Shown piece after piece: positions 61,795 through 64,000 of a stretch of 64,000 bases of DNA. The translations under genes and the position numbers were made by a program. Source of the stretch: an uncultured cyanobacterium. Lineage in GTDB: Bacteria > Cyanobacteriota > Cyanobacteriia > Cyanobacteriales > CAWUOF01. Positions within the stretch are counted from its first letter, which is position 1; each line of letters begins with the position of its first letter. The notes below the pieces were generated by a model. It did not search any database and was not told the origin of the DNA. It worked only from the letters and a program-made list of their open reading frames with translations. The stretch is from contig CAVUSO010000001.1 of NCBI GenBank assembly GCA_963744145.1, positions 5,696,001-5,760,000 of the forward strand, in the 5' to 3' direction.

Positions 61795-62067
61795 TGCTTC
61801 GTTTCCTTAATTAAAGGTGATAATGCTGGAGTTTTTACCCTTTCAAGTGGACTGGTGTAATTACAAGTTGACTTTAGCATTGTCAGGATTTTCCAGTTTA
61901 AGATTCTCCCAGAATGCTGACCTAATTTTGGTCACTTTTTGGGACGAAAATACTTAGTCTAGGTTTCTCCCCATCTAATATCATGCTGGGATGGATATTA
62001 TCAGCAAAGTTATGTAACTGTAAACTTTGATTAGCTATAGTTGGGTCTAAACGATAAACTAAGCTGA

Positions 62068-62508
62068 TTGGTTGCTCTAGTTGGGCTCGGAATAGCCCTA
62101 ATTGTGGATAATAGGATAGATATGAGGATGATGGTGGAAGTTTTACCATTTCAATTTGGCTTCGATGCGATTATGATCGCTAGTGTGGGGTTATGGTCTT
62201 TAGCTTTATATTTAGGTTTTTCACCGATCGGAGAGTGGATTACTGAAAAAATAATTCGTTGGTTTAATTTTGCGGAGCGATCGTTTTATTTTTCAGTGGA
62301 AGAATTTGAAAAAACTCGGGTAGCTCGAGAAAATCAAAATGCTTTTTATGCTTCGTTGTTTAGTATTGTGCCTTTTTTAGTGGTGGGATGGTTATGTAAT
62401 TATGGTGTAAATATTAGTTTAGGTCGCAGTTGGGCAATTAGTTTAGGAATCTTGTTTTGTATGACTGGTGCTGTCTATGAATTAGCTCGTCGTCACAGTC
62501 AATCCTAG
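62068..62508 (+). CDS. Conserved membrane hypothetical protein (start probably ATG 62122-62131)
   Basis: WFNFAERS.Y...EFEKTR..RE.QNAFYAS; several TM segments. Confidence 0.75.
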   Translation: MVALVGLGIALIVDNRIDMRMMVEVLPFQFGFDAIMIASVGLWSLALYLGFSPIGEWITEKIIRWFNFAERSFYFSVEEFEKTRVARENQNAFYASLFSIVPFLVVGWLCNYGVNISLGRSWAISLGILFCMTGAVYELARRHSQS

Positions 62509-62528
62509 GATATTGAGTAGTAAATTTT

Positions 62529-63290
62529 ATGGAATTTCCAGTTTATATTTGGTGTGGTTCTTGGAAAATTCATCCTCATCTTTTCTTTGAAGGTTTAGCT
62601 TATGCGATCGCATTTGGTCTAGGGATATTTAAGAAACGGAAAGATCCAATTGCTCCCCACGATCGCACTTCGGTGATCACAGGAGCAATGGTAGGTGCTT
62701 TACTTGGTAGCAAGATTTTGGTAGTCTTACAGCATCTTAATTTAGCTGGAGAAAATTGGCAAGATTTGATTTGGCTGTTCTTCCAAGGAAAAACCGTCGT
62801 TGGTGCTTTAATTGGTGGGTTAATTGGGGTGGAAATCACCAAAAAGATGATTGGAGTGAAACGTTCGACAGGAGATGTGTTTGTCGAACCTTTGATTGTG
62901 GGGATTGCGATCGGAAGAATTGGTTGTTTTTTGACTGGTTTAAGCGATCGCACCTACGGAATTGCGACTAATTTACCTTGGGGTGTGGATTTTGGTGATG
63001 GAATTTCCCGACATCCAACTCAAATTTATGAGATTATGTTTTTGTTGAGTTTATTGATATTCTTACGCATTCGGAGTCACGATCAGCGTCAAGAAGGAGA
63101 TTTATTTAAGTTTTATATGATTGCTTATTTAGGGTTTCGGTTCCTGATTGATTTCATTAAACCTGATTTTCACCTATTGGTCGGACTAAGTGCCATTCAA
63201 ATTGCTTGTTTGCTGACTCTATTATATTACCGTAAAACTATCCCTCGACTAATAGCTTTTGGGTCTAAACGAGTCGAATTTCGCTCTTAA
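62529..63290 (+). CDS. Prolipoprotein diacylglyceryl transferase (Lgt)-like protein
   Basis: IGRIGCFL.G, WGVDFGDG..RHPTQIYE, Y...RF.IDF. Confidence 0.85.
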   Translation: MEFPVYIWCGSWKIHPHLFFEGLAYAIAFGLGIFKKRKDPIAPHDRTSVITGAMVGALLGSKILVVLQHLNLAGENWQDLIWLFFQGKTVVGALIGGLIGVEITKKMIGVKRSTGDVFVEPLIVGIAIGRIGCFLTGLSDRTYGIATNLPWGVDFGDGISRHPTQIYEIMFLLSLLIFLRIRSHDQRQEGDLFKFYMIAYLGFRFLIDFIKPDFHLLVGLSAIQIACLLTLLYYRKTIPRLIAFGSKRVEFRS

Positions 63291-63318
63291 GCTTTCATCC
63301 CAATTTTGAGGAGAATTT

Positions 63319-64000
63319 ATGTCCACTAGACCCTATTTATTTTATGCTTTGACTAATAGTGTTTGTGCTGAATGTTTAGTCAAAGTCGAAGCAAAAATAA
63401 CTTTCCAAAATGATCGGGTCTATTTAGTCAAACATTGTCCTACCCATGGACATCAGGAAGTCCTCATTGCTGATGATATTGAATACTATAAACAATCCCT
63501 GGGATTTATTAAACCTGGGGATATGCCCTTAAAATTTAATACACCAATTAAATATGGTTGTCCCTATGATTGTGGACTCTGTCCAGATCATGAACAACAT
63601 AGCTGTTTAACCTTAGTCGAATTAACCGACCGCTGTAATCTATCTTGTCCAATTTGCTATGCTGACTCTGGGGTAGAAGAAATATTTTCCCAAAACAATG
63701 AACCCCGTCGTCATCGGAGTTTAGCACAAATTGAAATGATGTTAGATGCGATCATCAGAAATGAAGGGGAACCCCAAGTTGTCCAACTGAGTGGGGGAGA
63801 ACCAACTATTCATCCAGAGTTTTTTGAAATTTTAGCTTTAGCCAAAAGTAAGCCCATTAAGCATATCATGATTAATACCAATGGGGTAAGAATTGCTAAG
63901 GATCGGAATTTTTGCGATCGCTTAAGCCAATTTATGCCCGGAATTGAGGTATACTTACAATTTGATAGCTTTGAAGCAGCAGCACTTCAGGAATTAAGAG
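63319..64000 (+). CDS. Radical SAM protein, MJ0619/Tes-like family; runs off the window end
   Basis: Manual translation: GAGGAG RBS, MSTRPYLFY..CAEC..CPTHG..GCPYDCGLCPDHEQH..RCNLSCPICYA..QLSGGEPTIHP..INTNG. Confidence 0.88.
   Translation, partial: MSTRPYLFYALTNSVCAECLVKVEAKITFQNDRVYLVKHCPTHGHQEVLIADDIEYYKQSLGFIKPGDMPLKFNTPIKYGCPYDCGLCPDHEQHSCLTLVELTDRCNLSCPICYADSGVEEIFSQNNEPRRHRSLAQIEMMLDAIIRNEGEPQVVQLSGGEPTIHPEFFEILALAKSKPIKHIMINTNGVRIAKDRNFCDRLSQFMPGIEVYLQFDSFEAAALQELR

Overview
Chromosomal window from a cyanobacterium (dense HIP1 GCGATCGC octamers; bilin-sensor kinases, desA, gshA, upp-yggT). It is mostly housekeeping and signalling genes, plus three accessory blocks. (1) About 8.3-13.5 kb: decaying toxin-antitoxin/Uma2 island with a truncated cyanobactin PatG-type protease. 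(2) About 29.0-32.5 kb: minus-strand tRNA operon (12 tRNAs plus 1 degenerate) with a sigma70 promoter overlapped by ATACTACA boxes, an rrn-like boxA and a divergent TrcR-like repressor. (3) About 38.8-48.4 kb: defence island with Wadjet jetABCD and a PstI/BsuBI-family REase plus C5 MTase. The most striking signal lies inside the tRNA operon. A ~250-nt stem-closed RNA (29661-29910, minus) fuses a sarcin-ricin loop to the 23S H42-H44 GTPase-associated centre, with compensatory base changes. A ~145-nt circularly permuted tRNA-like (YrlA/Y-RNA-like) RNA with an Ala acceptor stem (29007-29151) and a PARG-family gene lie in the same apparent transcript. All calls come from reading the sequence; no database searches or folding programs were run.
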